From assembly GCA_000002435.2 (NCBI GenBank), contig CM018793.1: DNA of 64,000 nt; one strand, given 5' to 3'. Below are positions 30,342 through 41,222 of this stretch, one piece after another; position 1 is the stretch's first letter, and each line of letters begins with the position of its first letter. Below the pieces are notes generated by a model. It made no database searches and had not been told where the DNA came from. It saw only the letters and a list, made by a program, of their open reading frames with translations. The position numbers were made by a program, and so were the translations under genes. The DNA comes from Giardia intestinalis. Lineage: Eukaryota.

Positions 30342-33300
30342 ATGCCTCTCCTCAATGGGTTCCCCCTTACACCAGTAACCGAGACCATTCAAGCAACTTC
30401 CTCCAGTCTTTTTAGCATTCTCCTCACGAACGATTGCTTCTCATCCTACTCCGACTACATCACTAGGGTTCGCCAGCTTCAAAGCCCACTCTTTCAGTGT
30501 GTTACTACTATGGCTACCGGCCTCAGCTATCCGGAGGCGTTAACCAGCGAGCTGAGAGCTATCCATACCATCAGGCGCTTGCCCTCCTTTATTATACTCC
30601 ACTTCATACCGCTACTCGTGAACAAGGCCATGTCCAGTTACCTACTCCCTCTTCTTCTGCTCCCTACCGGTGAGAACGCCACGATAGACGAGTCTAAGCG
30701 TCGATATTTCTGTCAAATCAAAGAGCTGTACCATGAATGTCTCCACAACCTTCCATTCGTCGGAGAGCCCGTTCTTCTTTCTAATAAGCGCATTGGTATC
30801 ATAGTTCATGGATCAAACCTTTTTTCCGCAGCATTTGAAAGCCCCCAGGGCCAACAGGCCACTCTAAACTGCTCGTCAGCCGAGTATTGCGTTGCAGTGG
30901 AGATATCTGGATCTTGGGCCATAAGTTACATGAGGGATGTTGAGTCTGTCCTGGGTCACCAATTGAAAGATGTGATTGACTCTCTTGATGAGCCGTGCTT
31001 CACCTACACAGATGAAGATTCTGGGCTAGATCTGTACATCTTAAAAGAGGGGTCTTATGCCAGGTACACAGTAACGTATGATGATGGTGATGCCTCTCTT
31101 TTTGACTCTCCATCCGTCTATCCCTTGACAGCCTCTCAGTTTGAATACCTTTGCCTTTTGCTCAGATACTTCTTCAATAGCAAGGGAGCTATTCCACCCG
31201 AAGTATACCAAAAACTCCTTACCCTGGTTGATCACATTAATTTGAAAATAGGAGCAGTCAAACAGTCTGTTCAAGCTCAGCTGAACAAGTGCACAGACAT
31301 TAAAGATATAAAAAGCGTGTTTTCTTCCAAAGGACTTGACACCACAGGAATTCTCGAGCTATACATGTGCATCCTTGACGTTCATGCTACTATTCAACCA
31401 GTTCTTACGACCTTTCAGACCGATTGGCTATTTGACTCATGGAACAGAGCAATACACACTCTCTACCCACTACGGCCAGATAACAATCTGCTGGAGCTGA
31501 TTGCAGATAGAAACATGTTCAAGTCACAGGTCATGGGTGCAAACGTTTCGGTCGTAGGAAAGGTTAGCAGCTATGAGATTGACGGCCAAAAATTTTTTAT
31601 TGATGATTCCTTGGCTCTTTGCGAAGGTGAGCGTCGTATCCCTATTCGCATTTCCTTCGTACCGGATCCGCACGGCGCCGGATTGAAAAAATATCTTGAT
31701 ACTAAAAATAAAATAAAGCGACAAGATAACACATCTTCTTCGCAAGATGAGAGTGAGTCCATAGACATTCTGGTAACACCTTCTCGACGGGACTCTTCCG
31801 GCAGAGGCTCACGAGACCCCACTGGCAAGAAGAACACCGCACCATCTACTAAGCCTGTGCATGGTGAGCAAGATAATACTAATGATAACGATGACAACGA
31901 CGGGCCTTATGATTCAGCTGTCATGGACACCGCCACATCCTCTGGTGCCAAGCGATCTGGCGAAAAGACGAAAGGGAAGAGGGCGCCTAATGGCTGTCGA
32001 ACTATTAATGGGGAAATTGTTCGGCTCAAAGACCAAGTAACTATGGAGGTCCAGCCCGAGTGCATGCAACTTCAATCTCGCATCATGCTCAAAGATGATA
32101 TGGACATCATCGACTGCCCCCACAACGAATCCAAGCGCGCAGCTATCTTGCTCCATGAGCCTCTTGATAGACTAGTAAGTAAGGTTGATGACTCTGACTA
32201 TGAGGATATCACGGAGCTGAGTGCTATGTTCAAGACAGCAGACAAAACATCCGGGCTCTGCCAGATTCTCTACCCGCGTGGTGAGGACATTCAGGCGTTA
32301 TACACAAGTGTTAAGGACATGCCTTCCCATTTGTTCCAGTTAAAGTACAAGTACACAAGACCGCCTGACACACCACTCTATGCACCGTTTCGAGATGACA
32401 GTATCAATAAAGACAGCATATCAATGTCCCTGCTGATGACGGTCTGGGCGTTTTTGCAAGCTAACACGCTTTTTCTAAAGCTGCCCTTTATCAGTCTTGA
32501 AGATTTTTCTGATGCTCTCGATGTCACAGATCAGTTTGGTTATAAACGTCAACTGCAGTACCGGTCTTTAACTCCTGAGGAGCTTAAGCAAGCTGAGGAG
32601 GAAGATATTAAGGAGTATTATTTTGAGAAGTACCACTTGACAGATAAGAAAGACCAATTGGCTTCAACCTTTCCGGTGTTTAATGGTGATTTAATTTCTC
32701 CAATACTATATCTTGTTATGAGTCGGTTGGTCTCTCTTCTATACGATGGAGAAGAGGAGATTGTAGATGAAGTTCCTTATGAATATACACGAAAGACCTC
32801 ACTGGTACGGAGAACAGTATCAACATCATCAACAACATCAGCAACAGTAGTAAGAGCTGCCACGGCAGCGGATGCGATCAGCCGAAGCCCCACAGAGTCC
32901 GCTGGGTCTGCTACGGAGATCTCCACTGCACATGAAAACGTGAGCAGTGACGATCTGTCGTCGGGTGCTGATAATAAGCAGTCGCAAGAGGGCACCAAAA
33001 GCACTGAGTACTCGTACTATGAAACTGAGTATTCGTCAACAGAAGATGATATCCATGAGCAGCTGGAGAAAAAGAAGCCTCCGCCAAAAGCGGTAAAGAA
33101 GTCCCCCAAGTCGACGTCTAATGTATCTGTCCGTGTTTCTGGACAAGCTAACTCGAGGACCCCTCGGAAAGGACCAGCATCTAATAGTATCAAATCCAAA
33201 CGGAACACACAAGTCTCCGATGACTCAGCAGACGAGTACAGCGGCGAATATAGTTATACAGATTATACATACTCCGATGGCGAAGAAGAAACGTCATATT

Positions 33301-35651
33301 CTACTACGGATAACGTGGGCAGTTCACAGAGATCGGACCAGCGGACTACTGGGAAAAGAAGGATAGCAAACGCAAAGGAAAGGTCTAGTCGCAGTGGGCG
33401 CCTGAGCACACGATCAGAAGACCAAGGCTCTGAAAACCGAACAGAGGGCTACTACTGTTCAACGGATATAAGCTATACAGATGAGTGGGATGACATTGAT
33501 GGAAGCAAAGATACTTACTGGTATGACCAGGCTTTGCGGTATCTTCTGTCTCGCATCAACGAAAGTGATAGATTTACTGTCATTCTTCGGATTCTTCCCA
33601 TCTTTTTTAAACTGAAAATCAAATACCACAAACAGTTAGAGAAGGTTGCCTCAAACCTTTTAAGGGCTATTCTTTCAGCTATGTCTACTGACAACCTTCT
33701 AGCTGCCATTTTGAACGAGTGTATTAACCCCATAAGATCATATAGCAATGAAGAGAAGCAAGAAGCCATAGAGTTTGTCAGACAAATAGCTCTTTCAAGA
33801 GAAGAGCGTGCGAAGGAGCGCGAGGCAATCACAGTGCGGCAAAAGGGCAAGAGGACGCTGCGTATGTCGAAGAGCTCTAAGTACAGATCCAATAGTGCAC
33901 AGATAGCATTCAAAGACAGCCTTGCGGACTTCTTCGTCCTTCTACAAGAGTTAAGTGCGTACGGGAAAACCATTGAACAGCAACAAGAGTTACAGACATT
34001 TCCGCATGACGCAGATGACTATGGTATAACAGACATTGACCAAACCGCAGAAGAAGACCAGGAGACGAACACTATTGACTTCAAGCCGCCGACAAGCGTT
34101 GGGTCAGGGCAAGACACTGCTCCAGAGGAGCCTAAGCTAAAGAGAACCCGTGCAAAGGACCGCTTCCTTGAGTATATGCCGCACGTGCCATCCGCTTTAC
34201 TTAGTATTGCTCCTAGCTTGCATATGAGTGTCTGCATTATAGCCAGCTACATCCTGGAAAACGTCTACTTCATATTATTCCTGAAACGCCTCTTACAATA
34301 CTTGCATTTTTCAAGAGCAAAACAGAGACCTGCAGACTACACGCCATCACATATCCGTTTCCACCAGCTCAGTGTACAGGAAAAGCTAGAATTACTTAAC
34401 TATTTCATTCACCAGGTGTCAGAGACAGAAAACTATCACATTTACCAAGCCCAGGAACAATCGTACAGTGATTCCATAGAATCTATGTCGAAGGAGCTTG
34501 AAAGCGCACTATGTCTGCACTTTTTGAAGACCCGCAGAGAAACACGGAAGCATGAGCTTGATGGGCACAAGCATAAGTATGAGGAAAAGCTGAACGAAGC
34601 CAGGGATCTGTGTCTTGAGAAGGCTAAGATCGTCAATACCAAGTGGAAAGAGTTTGCAGAGCTAATTGGCGTTACTACAAAGAAGCTAATTGATGCTAAT
34701 TTAGTGTTTGAAGAGCTGGACGCAGACGGTTTAAGCGCTCTATCGGTCGACGATCCTGTCGCATACCAGAAATACGCTGGGTTCCAGACTCCAGAGCATG
34801 TCGATACCTTGAAAAAGTTGATGGACACTAAGGGTGGTACGGTAACCTTGGCAAATCAACAGATACGAGGTTTCAATATGCACTTGATACGTGCCATAGG
34901 ATCGTGCACCTCTGCGCTTAACAAATACAGAGAGTTAAAAAGAGTAGCCATTAGCAATCAGAAGTTCAATCATTTGTATCACGAGCGATTGGATTACCAG
35001 CAATTCAAGGCCCTTCACATCATGATCAACGCAGAGATGGATAACAAGATGTGCGCATTAGACACAGCGGACATCCACACTGATTGGTACATGAATCAGT
35101 TCTTTCTGCTTCCCGCAGAGTACGGATATTTGACAACTGCAGATCTTAATTATATGGTTATGTTCTCTGATGCGTTTATGAAGCGTAACGAGCTTTCATA
35201 CAAATTTAGGATGCTATCTCACAGACAGATGTTGAGGTATGCTGATCAGCTTGGTGCCACGCCGCGGGAGAAGATGCTGAAGGAGTGGGTGAAGCAAATG
35301 GATGGGCTCATCGCCAACTATCGCCTGTCCACTGCCGTCAAGAGCATCATCAGAAAGATGAACACTGCCACGCATGGCTATGAGACCATTCAGAAGATTA
35401 TCGGCACTACAGACATTGACACTGTTAACAGATGGATGGCAGAGTATGAAGAGAGACGCGAAAAATCAGGGGTAGATTCGGCCCAGAAAACAGAAAAGTA
35501 CACTACAGAACGCATAATGAAGCGGATGGAGCAGATGGGTGTCCCCAATTTCTCAACCAAACGAGCTTACCTCACATCTATCGCTGGAACACTCCGGTTG
35601 TCCCACCACGGGATACACTCGTTTCTTAAGCACGATGCATCCGCACTCTAG
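30342..35651 (+). CDS. Large hypothetical protein, 1769 aa, with an acidic Ser/Tyr/Asp/Glu-rich low-complexity core
   Basis: It has an uninterrupted ORF from an ATG with aaaacgaATG context. The composition is balanced outside the 32800..33480 low-complexity stretch. No domain is recognised. Confidence 0.6.
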   Translation: MPLLNGFPLTPVTETIQATSSSLFSILLTNDCFSSYSDYITRVRQLQSPLFQCVTTMATGLSYPEALTSELRAIHTIRRLPSFIILHFIPLLVNKAMSSYLLPLLLLPTGENATIDESKRRYFCQIKELYHECLHNLPFVGEPVLLSNKRIGIIVHGSNLFSAAFESPQGQQATLNCSSAEYCVAVEISGSWAISYMRDVESVLGHQLKDVIDSLDEPCFTYTDEDSGLDLYILKEGSYARYTVTYDDGDASLFDSPSVYPLTASQFEYLCLLLRYFFNSKGAIPPEVYQKLLTLVDHINLKIGAVKQSVQAQLNKCTDIKDIKSVFSSKGLDTTGILELYMCILDVHATIQPVLTTFQTDWLFDSWNRAIHTLYPLRPDNNLLELIADRNMFKSQVMGANVSVVGKVSSYEIDGQKFFIDDSLALCEGERRIPIRISFVPDPHGAGLKKYLDTKNKIKRQDNTSSSQDESESIDILVTPSRRDSSGRGSRDPTGKKNTAPSTKPVHGEQDNTNDNDDNDGPYDSAVMDTATSSGAKRSGEKTKGKRAPNGCRTINGEIVRLKDQVTMEVQPECMQLQSRIMLKDDMDIIDCPHNESKRAAILLHEPLDRLVSKVDDSDYEDITELSAMFKTADKTSGLCQILYPRGEDIQALYTSVKDMPSHLFQLKYKYTRPPDTPLYAPFRDDSINKDSISMSLLMTVWAFLQANTLFLKLPFISLEDFSDALDVTDQFGYKRQLQYRSLTPEELKQAEEEDIKEYYFEKYHLTDKKDQLASTFPVFNGDLISPILYLVMSRLVSLLYDGEEEIVDEVPYEYTRKTSLVRRTVSTSSTTSATVVRAATAADAISRSPTESAGSATEISTAHENVSSDDLSSGADNKQSQEGTKSTEYSYYETEYSSTEDDIHEQLEKKKPPPKAVKKSPKSTSNVSVRVSGQANSRTPRKGPASNSIKSKRNTQVSDDSADEYSGEYSYTDYTYSDGEEETSYSTTDNVGSSQRSDQRTTGKRRIANAKERSSRSGRLSTRSEDQGSENRTEGYYCSTDISYTDEWDDIDGSKDTYWYDQALRYLLSRINESDRFTVILRILPIFFKLKIKYHKQLEKVASNLLRAILSAMSTDNLLAAILNECINPIRSYSNEEKQEAIEFVRQIALSREERAKEREAITVRQKGKRTLRMSKSSKYRSNSAQIAFKDSLADFFVLLQELSAYGKTIEQQQELQTFPHDADDYGITDIDQTAEEDQETNTIDFKPPTSVGSGQDTAPEEPKLKRTRAKDRFLEYMPHVPSALLSIAPSLHMSVCIIASYILENVYFILFLKRLLQYLHFSRAKQRPADYTPSHIRFHQLSVQEKLELLNYFIHQVSETENYHIYQAQEQSYSDSIESMSKELESALCLHFLKTRRETRKHELDGHKHKYEEKLNEARDLCLEKAKIVNTKWKEFAELIGVTTKKLIDANLVFEELDADGLSALSVDDPVAYQKYAGFQTPEHVDTLKKLMDTKGGTVTLANQQIRGFNMHLIRAIGSCTSALNKYRELKRVAISNQKFNHLYHERLDYQQFKALHIMINAEMDNKMCALDTADIHTDWYMNQFFLLPAEYGYLTTADLNYMVMFSDAFMKRNELSYKFRMLSHRQMLRYADQLGATPREKMLKEWVKQMDGLIANYRLSTAVKSIIRKMNTATHGYETIQKIIGTTDIDTVNRWMAEYEERREKSGVDSAQKTEKYTTERIMKRMEQMGVPNFSTKRAYLTSIAGTLRLSHHGIHSFLKHDASAL

Positions 35652-35735
35652 CTGCACGAGCTTCACCAAAATAATGTCAAGGCGATTTCTTGATAAATGC
35701 TCGAAGTTGCCAAAGATTGTTAAAAAAAGGTTTAA

Positions 35736-37079
35736 ATGGCCAATAGAAAGTGGTTTGCAGCTGCAGATGACGGGGATTTGGATTACATTTTGCTCCACTA
35801 CAATGAAATGGTTGGGAAACAGGATTCTCAGTTCCTAGATAGAACAGCCCTGATGTTTGCAGCCAACCGGGGCCACTATGAGATCTGCGAAATCCTAGCT
35901 CTTGGAAAGCCTAGTGAGGTCGGAATACTTAACCGCAGAGGGAATACTGCCTTGCACTTTGCCGCCTCCAACGGATATGTGAGAATAATTACTATGTTAG
36001 CTCCTCTTGAGGCGCGTGTGAGAAATGAAAATGGAGACACTGCGCTCACGCATGCCATTCTGAACGGCCATGCTGAAGCAGTAAGGGCTCTGATACCATT
36101 TGAGTTGGACTTGGTTGGTTCCGAGAACAAGTCTCCATTAGAGCTAGCCAAACAGCTAGGAAATCAAGAAATAATTCACATTGTCCAGACAGCTTTGTCT
36201 GAGCCTAGTCCGGCTATCTCCTACCCCGCTCCCCAGCTCTCTCACCGGCATCCGACTGTTCCTCCACTTGAGGAGCAGATTGGCAAAGAACATGTCATCA
36301 AGGATCTTTCACCCGTTATGAGCTATAGCAAGGATCGAGCTGCGCCTAAGCCGGAGGCACAAGACCTAGCATTATTCCGCTCAGCGGAGCATTCTATTGG
36401 CCTCAGCACGGCTCTGCCGCAGAACGCAGGTAGCACCTCACTATCAACACCAATAAATAGTGCCGACAGCAGCGCAGCAGGAAGCTACATAGACTCCTAC
36501 CAGTTGGTTCGGCCAACGCAACTGTTCGACAGGTCGACCGCTTCTCAGCGGTTAACAAGCTCGTTTACTGTTCCGTCGGTACTAGCAAAGTCCCAAAGTG
36601 CACAGCAAGACACTTTTTACCTGAACATCAGTGCAAATTATAGCTTTACCAAAGAGGAAGAGTCTGAGTACCACTCGTTAATGTCCCGGACTAGCGTATT
36701 AGAGAAGGCGAACAAGCAGCTCCGGGCGAAGAACGCCGCTCAGGTAACTAGGATTATGGACTTGGAGGACCGTAATGCAACCCTCACTAGTCTTTTAGAA
36801 ACGCTGATGAAGCCGGACTCTTATGCAGAAGAGTTCCGGCTGGATCAAATGATAGACGAACCTGTCAAAGGTAAGGACGCAGGGAAGACCGGTCGCCGAC
36901 CAGTGCCCAAAAAAAGATCTGATGAACCAATTAGCATAGAGGAGTCCCGCCTCATCCGGGAGGAGATCAAAGCTCTTCGTAAGGAAAACAAGGCTCTTAA
37001 AGACTGTCTGAGAGAGTTTTCTGAGAAATTTGACGCCTTTATGTTATCAACTGGGGCGGGCTTTTATACTACAGAATGA
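35736..37079 (+). CDS. Ankyrin-repeat protein (Giardia protein 21.1-like) with C-terminal coiled coil, 447 aa
   Basis: It has tandem ankyrin motifs (TALMFAANRGHYEICEILA, GNTALHFAASNGYVRIITML, GDTALTHAILNGHAEAVRALI). The start context is ggtttaaATG. Confidence 0.75.
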   Translation: MANRKWFAAADDGDLDYILLHYNEMVGKQDSQFLDRTALMFAANRGHYEICEILALGKPSEVGILNRRGNTALHFAASNGYVRIITMLAPLEARVRNENGDTALTHAILNGHAEAVRALIPFELDLVGSENKSPLELAKQLGNQEIIHIVQTALSEPSPAISYPAPQLSHRHPTVPPLEEQIGKEHVIKDLSPVMSYSKDRAAPKPEAQDLALFRSAEHSIGLSTALPQNAGSTSLSTPINSADSSAAGSYIDSYQLVRPTQLFDRSTASQRLTSSFTVPSVLAKSQSAQQDTFYLNISANYSFTKEEESEYHSLMSRTSVLEKANKQLRAKNAAQVTRIMDLEDRNATLTSLLETLMKPDSYAEEFRLDQMIDEPVKGKDAGKTGRRPVPKKRSDEPISIEESRLIREEIKALRKENKALKDCLREFSEKFDAFMLSTGAGFYTTE

Positions 37080-37234
37080 GGGTGGAAAATGGAAGGAAGT
37101 TGACATAATGCTTCTCTTGCTAGCACAGAGACAACGCGGTTCTGGCAGATTCGCAGAAGGGCGTGCGTTCCCTGCGCTCTTCCCGGCGCCGCCGGATTTA
37201 GAATCAAAAAAATTAATTCGGCAGACGAGCAGAC

Positions 37235-39205
37235 ATGGTGCTGGCGTTTAGCGTTAAGCTTTTGGACTTCCAGCCCGTGCCTGTTTCTGGGAGCTTCTCA
37301 GTGGCAGATAGCGGGATGCAGTTCAATTCTACGAATGCTTCGGTAAGCCTCGCCATCTCCTGGTCGATAATTAGGTCCATCGTGATCGGTGAGATAGGAA
37401 AACGAGAGCGTAGTGGCCCATTCCTCGAGCTGTCGGTTTACATAACAGATAATCTGAAGCAGATGTATACATTTTCAGCCATACCTTTGACTGAGAAAGA
37501 GAGCCTGCTGAGCCTGCTTAGGAGCCATCTTGGCGATAGCTTTCCCATTCTTGATCGTCGCTATGTGACCACCGGCTGGAACTGGGGTTCCTTAGCTGTT
37601 TCAAGCGCTGCCGTCAGCTTCATTCCCAACTCTGTCTTCCTCACGGAGTCTAACGCCTCGCGCACAAATCTTGCCAATAATGAGGACGTTGCTCCCGTTG
37701 GTGGCGAGGAGGGATCTTCTGCAAGCGAAGATAGCGAAGCAAGTCAGATCAGTGAGGACCCTGTAGAGGACCTTTACTTCCATATACCGACGACTATGGT
37801 GGACGACCTCAAGAGTCTAGGGGCAAGAGAGATATCTTTGACCCTTCAGGGTAAGACTTCTGAGACAAACGCCCTCATGTCGGTCAAAGAGGTTGTTTTC
37901 ACAATTCCCGATAAGCAAATATGTAAGCAGATGTATGACCGCCTCATGCACGTTGTGGATACGCGGGCAAGTGGAAGGATCGTTAGTGTTCCGGAGTTGA
38001 GTGTTTTTACCAGCAAGTCCAGCAAGTTCACTCTAGAGGTTAATCTACGGTCGTTCAGGTTCTTCTCTTGGAACAATAACTATCACAGACTTCCTGATAC
38101 CATCACCAAATACTTCTTCGTCGAGAAGCCTAGCTATAGTAGTGAGTCTGTCGAGTATTTCTTCGTCATTATGTTTACACAGGGTAATGGGTTTGTAAAG
38201 GGTCTGGATAGCATCTGCATGCTTTTGCCACAGCGAAAGCTCACGCGAGAGATCATTCTTCCAAGAGATCCTGACATCGCGGATTCCTTGCTCCAGGAGA
38301 TGTTATGCGACAACCCTAGAACGTACGACGAAGATAATCCGCCATACGGTCCATATAGTTTGCTGTCTGCCCGAACTACTGGAATCCAAACCCACGGAGT
38401 AAGCTACGAGGCCGACCGGCATATTGCTGTGTTTAATGGCGTCGAGACATACATGGTGATACCTCGCCTATTCCATTATCTCACGCCGAAGAAGAGCTTC
38501 GTTTGCACAGAGCACTCTCAGACCTGTCTTGATAAGAAGATCTACAGCTCGATAACGTACAGCTCCATCCGTATCCGAGAAGGGTATGGCGGACACTCGA
38601 CTTATCCGTGCGTGGAATGCAAGAATCGCGTGACTCAACAAAAGACTGTCTACCTTTATTTCCTTGACAAGCGCCAGGGCCTTTTGATGCTTCCTTACGC
38701 GACGATCTACATCCCCTACACTAGCATCAGTAGAATGACGCTGGAGAACGATACTTCCAGAGGGGCCACCGGCAAGAAGAATCCTGTGAAGCTGGTGGTG
38801 TCGACAGCTGGAATCGTGCACGAGTTCACATCTATAGACCGGGATCACTGCGACGTCATAGAGCAGTATCTTCGCGGCTGTGGTGTCGCTATTAGTGTTT
38901 CGTTACAGGCCTCAAACAGGGGCCATGGAGGCATGTTTGGGGACTTGGACATGGATGAAATGGGCAGCGATGATTCCGATGACGCTGACTTCGAGGCTGC
39001 GCCAGACTCGAGTAGCGGTGAATACACCGAGGATTTGGAAGAGATTAATTCCGACGAGTCGGAGGTTGGCGAGAATCACGATCACGAAGTCCAAGCTCTT
39101 AAAGCTCGCACAGAGCGGACGAAGAAGCGGGCGATATTTGAATGTTATGCAGACATTCGCTCACAGGACTGCCTGCTGGCTGTGCCAAATCCGTCGTCCT
39201 GGTAA
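37235..39205 (+). CDS. Hypothetical protein, 656 aa, acidic C-terminal tail
   Basis: It is a long ORF from an ATG with no recognisable domain. Its stop lies 11 nt before the next gene's ATG. Confidence 0.5.
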   Translation: MVLAFSVKLLDFQPVPVSGSFSVADSGMQFNSTNASVSLAISWSIIRSIVIGEIGKRERSGPFLELSVYITDNLKQMYTFSAIPLTEKESLLSLLRSHLGDSFPILDRRYVTTGWNWGSLAVSSAAVSFIPNSVFLTESNASRTNLANNEDVAPVGGEEGSSASEDSEASQISEDPVEDLYFHIPTTMVDDLKSLGAREISLTLQGKTSETNALMSVKEVVFTIPDKQICKQMYDRLMHVVDTRASGRIVSVPELSVFTSKSSKFTLEVNLRSFRFFSWNNNYHRLPDTITKYFFVEKPSYSSESVEYFFVIMFTQGNGFVKGLDSICMLLPQRKLTREIILPRDPDIADSLLQEMLCDNPRTYDEDNPPYGPYSLLSARTTGIQTHGVSYEADRHIAVFNGVETYMVIPRLFHYLTPKKSFVCTEHSQTCLDKKIYSSITYSSIRIREGYGGHSTYPCVECKNRVTQQKTVYLYFLDKRQGLLMLPYATIYIPYTSISRMTLENDTSRGATGKKNPVKLVVSTAGIVHEFTSIDRDHCDVIEQYLRGCGVAISVSLQASNRGHGGMFGDLDMDEMGSDDSDDADFEAAPDSSSGEYTEDLEEINSDESEVGENHDHEVQALKARTERTKKRAIFECYADIRSQDCLLAVPNPSSW

Positions 39206-39216
39206 TACAAAAGTAA

Positions 39217-40410
39217 ATGGATAAACGCGATCTTTCCGCCATTCAGAGTCAGCTGGAGTCCCTGTTCGCCAAGTATAATGCTACGAAGGAGAAGCTTGCA
39301 GAGACGACGGCTGAACTGGAGGTTATACGAACCCAGCACGCAAGCAATGCACGGAAACTGACCATGTCTCGTCAGCAGATAGAGCGGCTGTCCACCGAAC
39401 GATGCGCCCTGCAGAAGGAAAATGATAGGCTAAAGCAGTACACAGGAAAGATGGAGACTAAATTGTCTCTCGCAGCTCAGCAAAGCGGGCTAGCAACTGC
39501 GATAGAAAAGCAATCTTCTCTAGAAAGGCAACTTGCAGCCCGTAATGCCCGGATTGAAGAGCTTGAAAGTGTCATAGAAGGATTGAAGAAGGAGATTAGA
39601 ATCACAGTCAGTGCCCTTACCATGAAGGAGGAGGACTGGGGTTTGCGATCAAATGGCAGTAGGGTAAGCAAGCATAGTTGCGCAGAACAGCTTAAGACCA
39701 GTTTGCTCAGAACAATAGCGGCACTGAAACATGAAACCGACGCGTTCCAACTTCAGCTTGCAGAAGAAGAACGGCGTACTGCGAGTCTCCAAAAGAACCT
39801 CTCGGCTGCTCAGGCAGAGGTGGAATCGCTAACTGCACGATGCGCTGATGCCCAGTTGGCTTATGACCAGCTCTACATCGATTATGAACAGTTGATGGAC
39901 AAGCTCGGAGAAGACAACAAAGAAAAGGACAAAGTAAGCGAACTACAGAGGACCATTAAAACCCAGGGCAGGGAACTTAAGGGGTTTATGGCCATGTTCG
40001 ATGGTAGAGGATCCAAGGATGCAGCAGTGGAGCTAAGTGTGCTCAGAGCTAAACTTGATGAGGTAGAAAGAATAGCAAACAGTGCGGAGCTTACCAAGGC
40101 AGAGTTTGCAGCCCGGTGTACTAGCCTTCAGTCAAAGGTCACAGAACTAGAGAGCGCCAGAGCAGAGGTCAAGGGAGAGGTGACAGGGCTTCGGGGGAGA
40201 GTCGCCCAACTCACTGCTGAGCTCACGACATACAAGCAGATTAACAAGGAGCTTCAAGGAAAGCTTGATCGGTACGTATCGTATGCGGATGCCAACGCAG
40301 CGCTCCTCCAAAAACTCCACGAATACGAAGAGGAAATTTCGAAGCTCACGAAGCAGAAAGCAGACCTGCAGCGGGCGTTAATTAATAACGCTCGAGGGCA
40401 GCACACATAA
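39217..40410 (+). CDS. Coiled-coil protein, 397 aa
   Basis: Heptad-like Leu/Glu/Lys/Arg/Gln-rich sequence runs throughout, e.g. LESLFAKYNATKEKLAETTAELEVIRTQ. The start context is aaaagtaaATG. Confidence 0.55.
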   Translation: MDKRDLSAIQSQLESLFAKYNATKEKLAETTAELEVIRTQHASNARKLTMSRQQIERLSTERCALQKENDRLKQYTGKMETKLSLAAQQSGLATAIEKQSSLERQLAARNARIEELESVIEGLKKEIRITVSALTMKEEDWGLRSNGSRVSKHSCAEQLKTSLLRTIAALKHETDAFQLQLAEEERRTASLQKNLSAAQAEVESLTARCADAQLAYDQLYIDYEQLMDKLGEDNKEKDKVSELQRTIKTQGRELKGFMAMFDGRGSKDAAVELSVLRAKLDEVERIANSAELTKAEFAARCTSLQSKVTELESARAEVKGEVTGLRGRVAQLTAELTTYKQINKELQGKLDRYVSYADANAALLQKLHEYEEEISKLTKQKADLQRALINNARGQHT

Positions 40411-40428
40411 ATTACTGTTTACTTTTCT

Positions 40429-40725
40429 CTAATCCGTCTGGGGCTTTTGTATGACCACCATCAGATATCCCTTATCGGGCGCCAGAAGTAGTTCGTACTT
40501 CTTGGACCGAAGCCTCAGGAGACGCAGCTCGTCAGATGGGTCGATCCCTGTGATCAGGGACTTGCCTTTCATGACCAAATGCGAACATATGCCAGCGTAG
40601 ATTGTGGCCTGCTCCTCATCTAGGGATGTTCTGATGGGTATTCCATCCGAGTTAATAATGATAACACCTTCTACGCCCTTTTTCGAAGAAATCCGCTTTA
40701 TAGTTTCGTCGAGCTCCGAGGCCAT
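40429..40725 (-). CDS. DYNLRB: Dynein light chain Roadblock/LC7 (DYNLRB), 98 aa
   Basis: MASELDETIKRISSKKGVEGVIIINSDGIPIRTSL...IDPSDELRLLRLRSKKYELLLAPDKGYLMVVIQ aligns end to end with human DYNLRB1 ([29 protein letters not shown]...[33 protein letters not shown]). The track ORF 40429..40938 carries a 71-codon non-homologous upstream extension, so the start was placed at the internal ATG at 40725. Confidence 0.8.
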   Translation of the reverse strand: MASELDETIKRISSKKGVEGVIIINSDGIPIRTSLDEEQATIYAGICSHLVMKGKSLITGIDPSDELRLLRLRSKKYELLLAPDKGYLMVVIQKPQTD

Positions 40726-41222
40726 CCAAACTTTTGTCTCAGGATGTTGCTTATGAATTACAAGTTGTGAATTTTCCACAAAAGTATTGTGATTAGTGCA
40801 CAAATGGTCACGAGAAAATGAGAAATATGGGCAGACAGGGGCGGGGCGTGAAGATAGAACCATGCCAAAGATTAATAGGACACTAATGTTGAATAGGTTA
40901 GTGTCTCGGCGTCCTGCAGTATACTTTTTCAGAAGCAATAAAACCTCGCAATCTAAAAGCTGGGCTGAAAACTAAACGACCCGAGTGATCGCCTTCTAAC
41001 CTTGGAAAAGAAAAGAGCTGTCTTCCCACGCCGCCATATCTGCTGCATTTACTATGACTTGTCGGACCACAGCTTATCAAACATAGCTTGTCAAAAAATG
41101 GTAATACCGGATACCAGCCAAAAAGCTAGAAAGTGCAGAGGACATGCCCCCTTCGCTAAAGGTAGCATGTGTGTTTTGGGCTTTTTTAACTTGCCCAAAA
41201 AAACTTCCGTCCAGCTTTAAAA

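Noticed and set aside
40726-40938. The 71-codon N-terminal extension of the Roadblock ORF (MLLKKYTAGRR...) was considered as coding.
   Set aside because: Homology to dynein light chain LC7 starts exactly at the internal Met (MASELDETIKRI). Roadblock proteins are about 96 aa, and the extension is hydrophobic and low-complexity and unrelated to the family.
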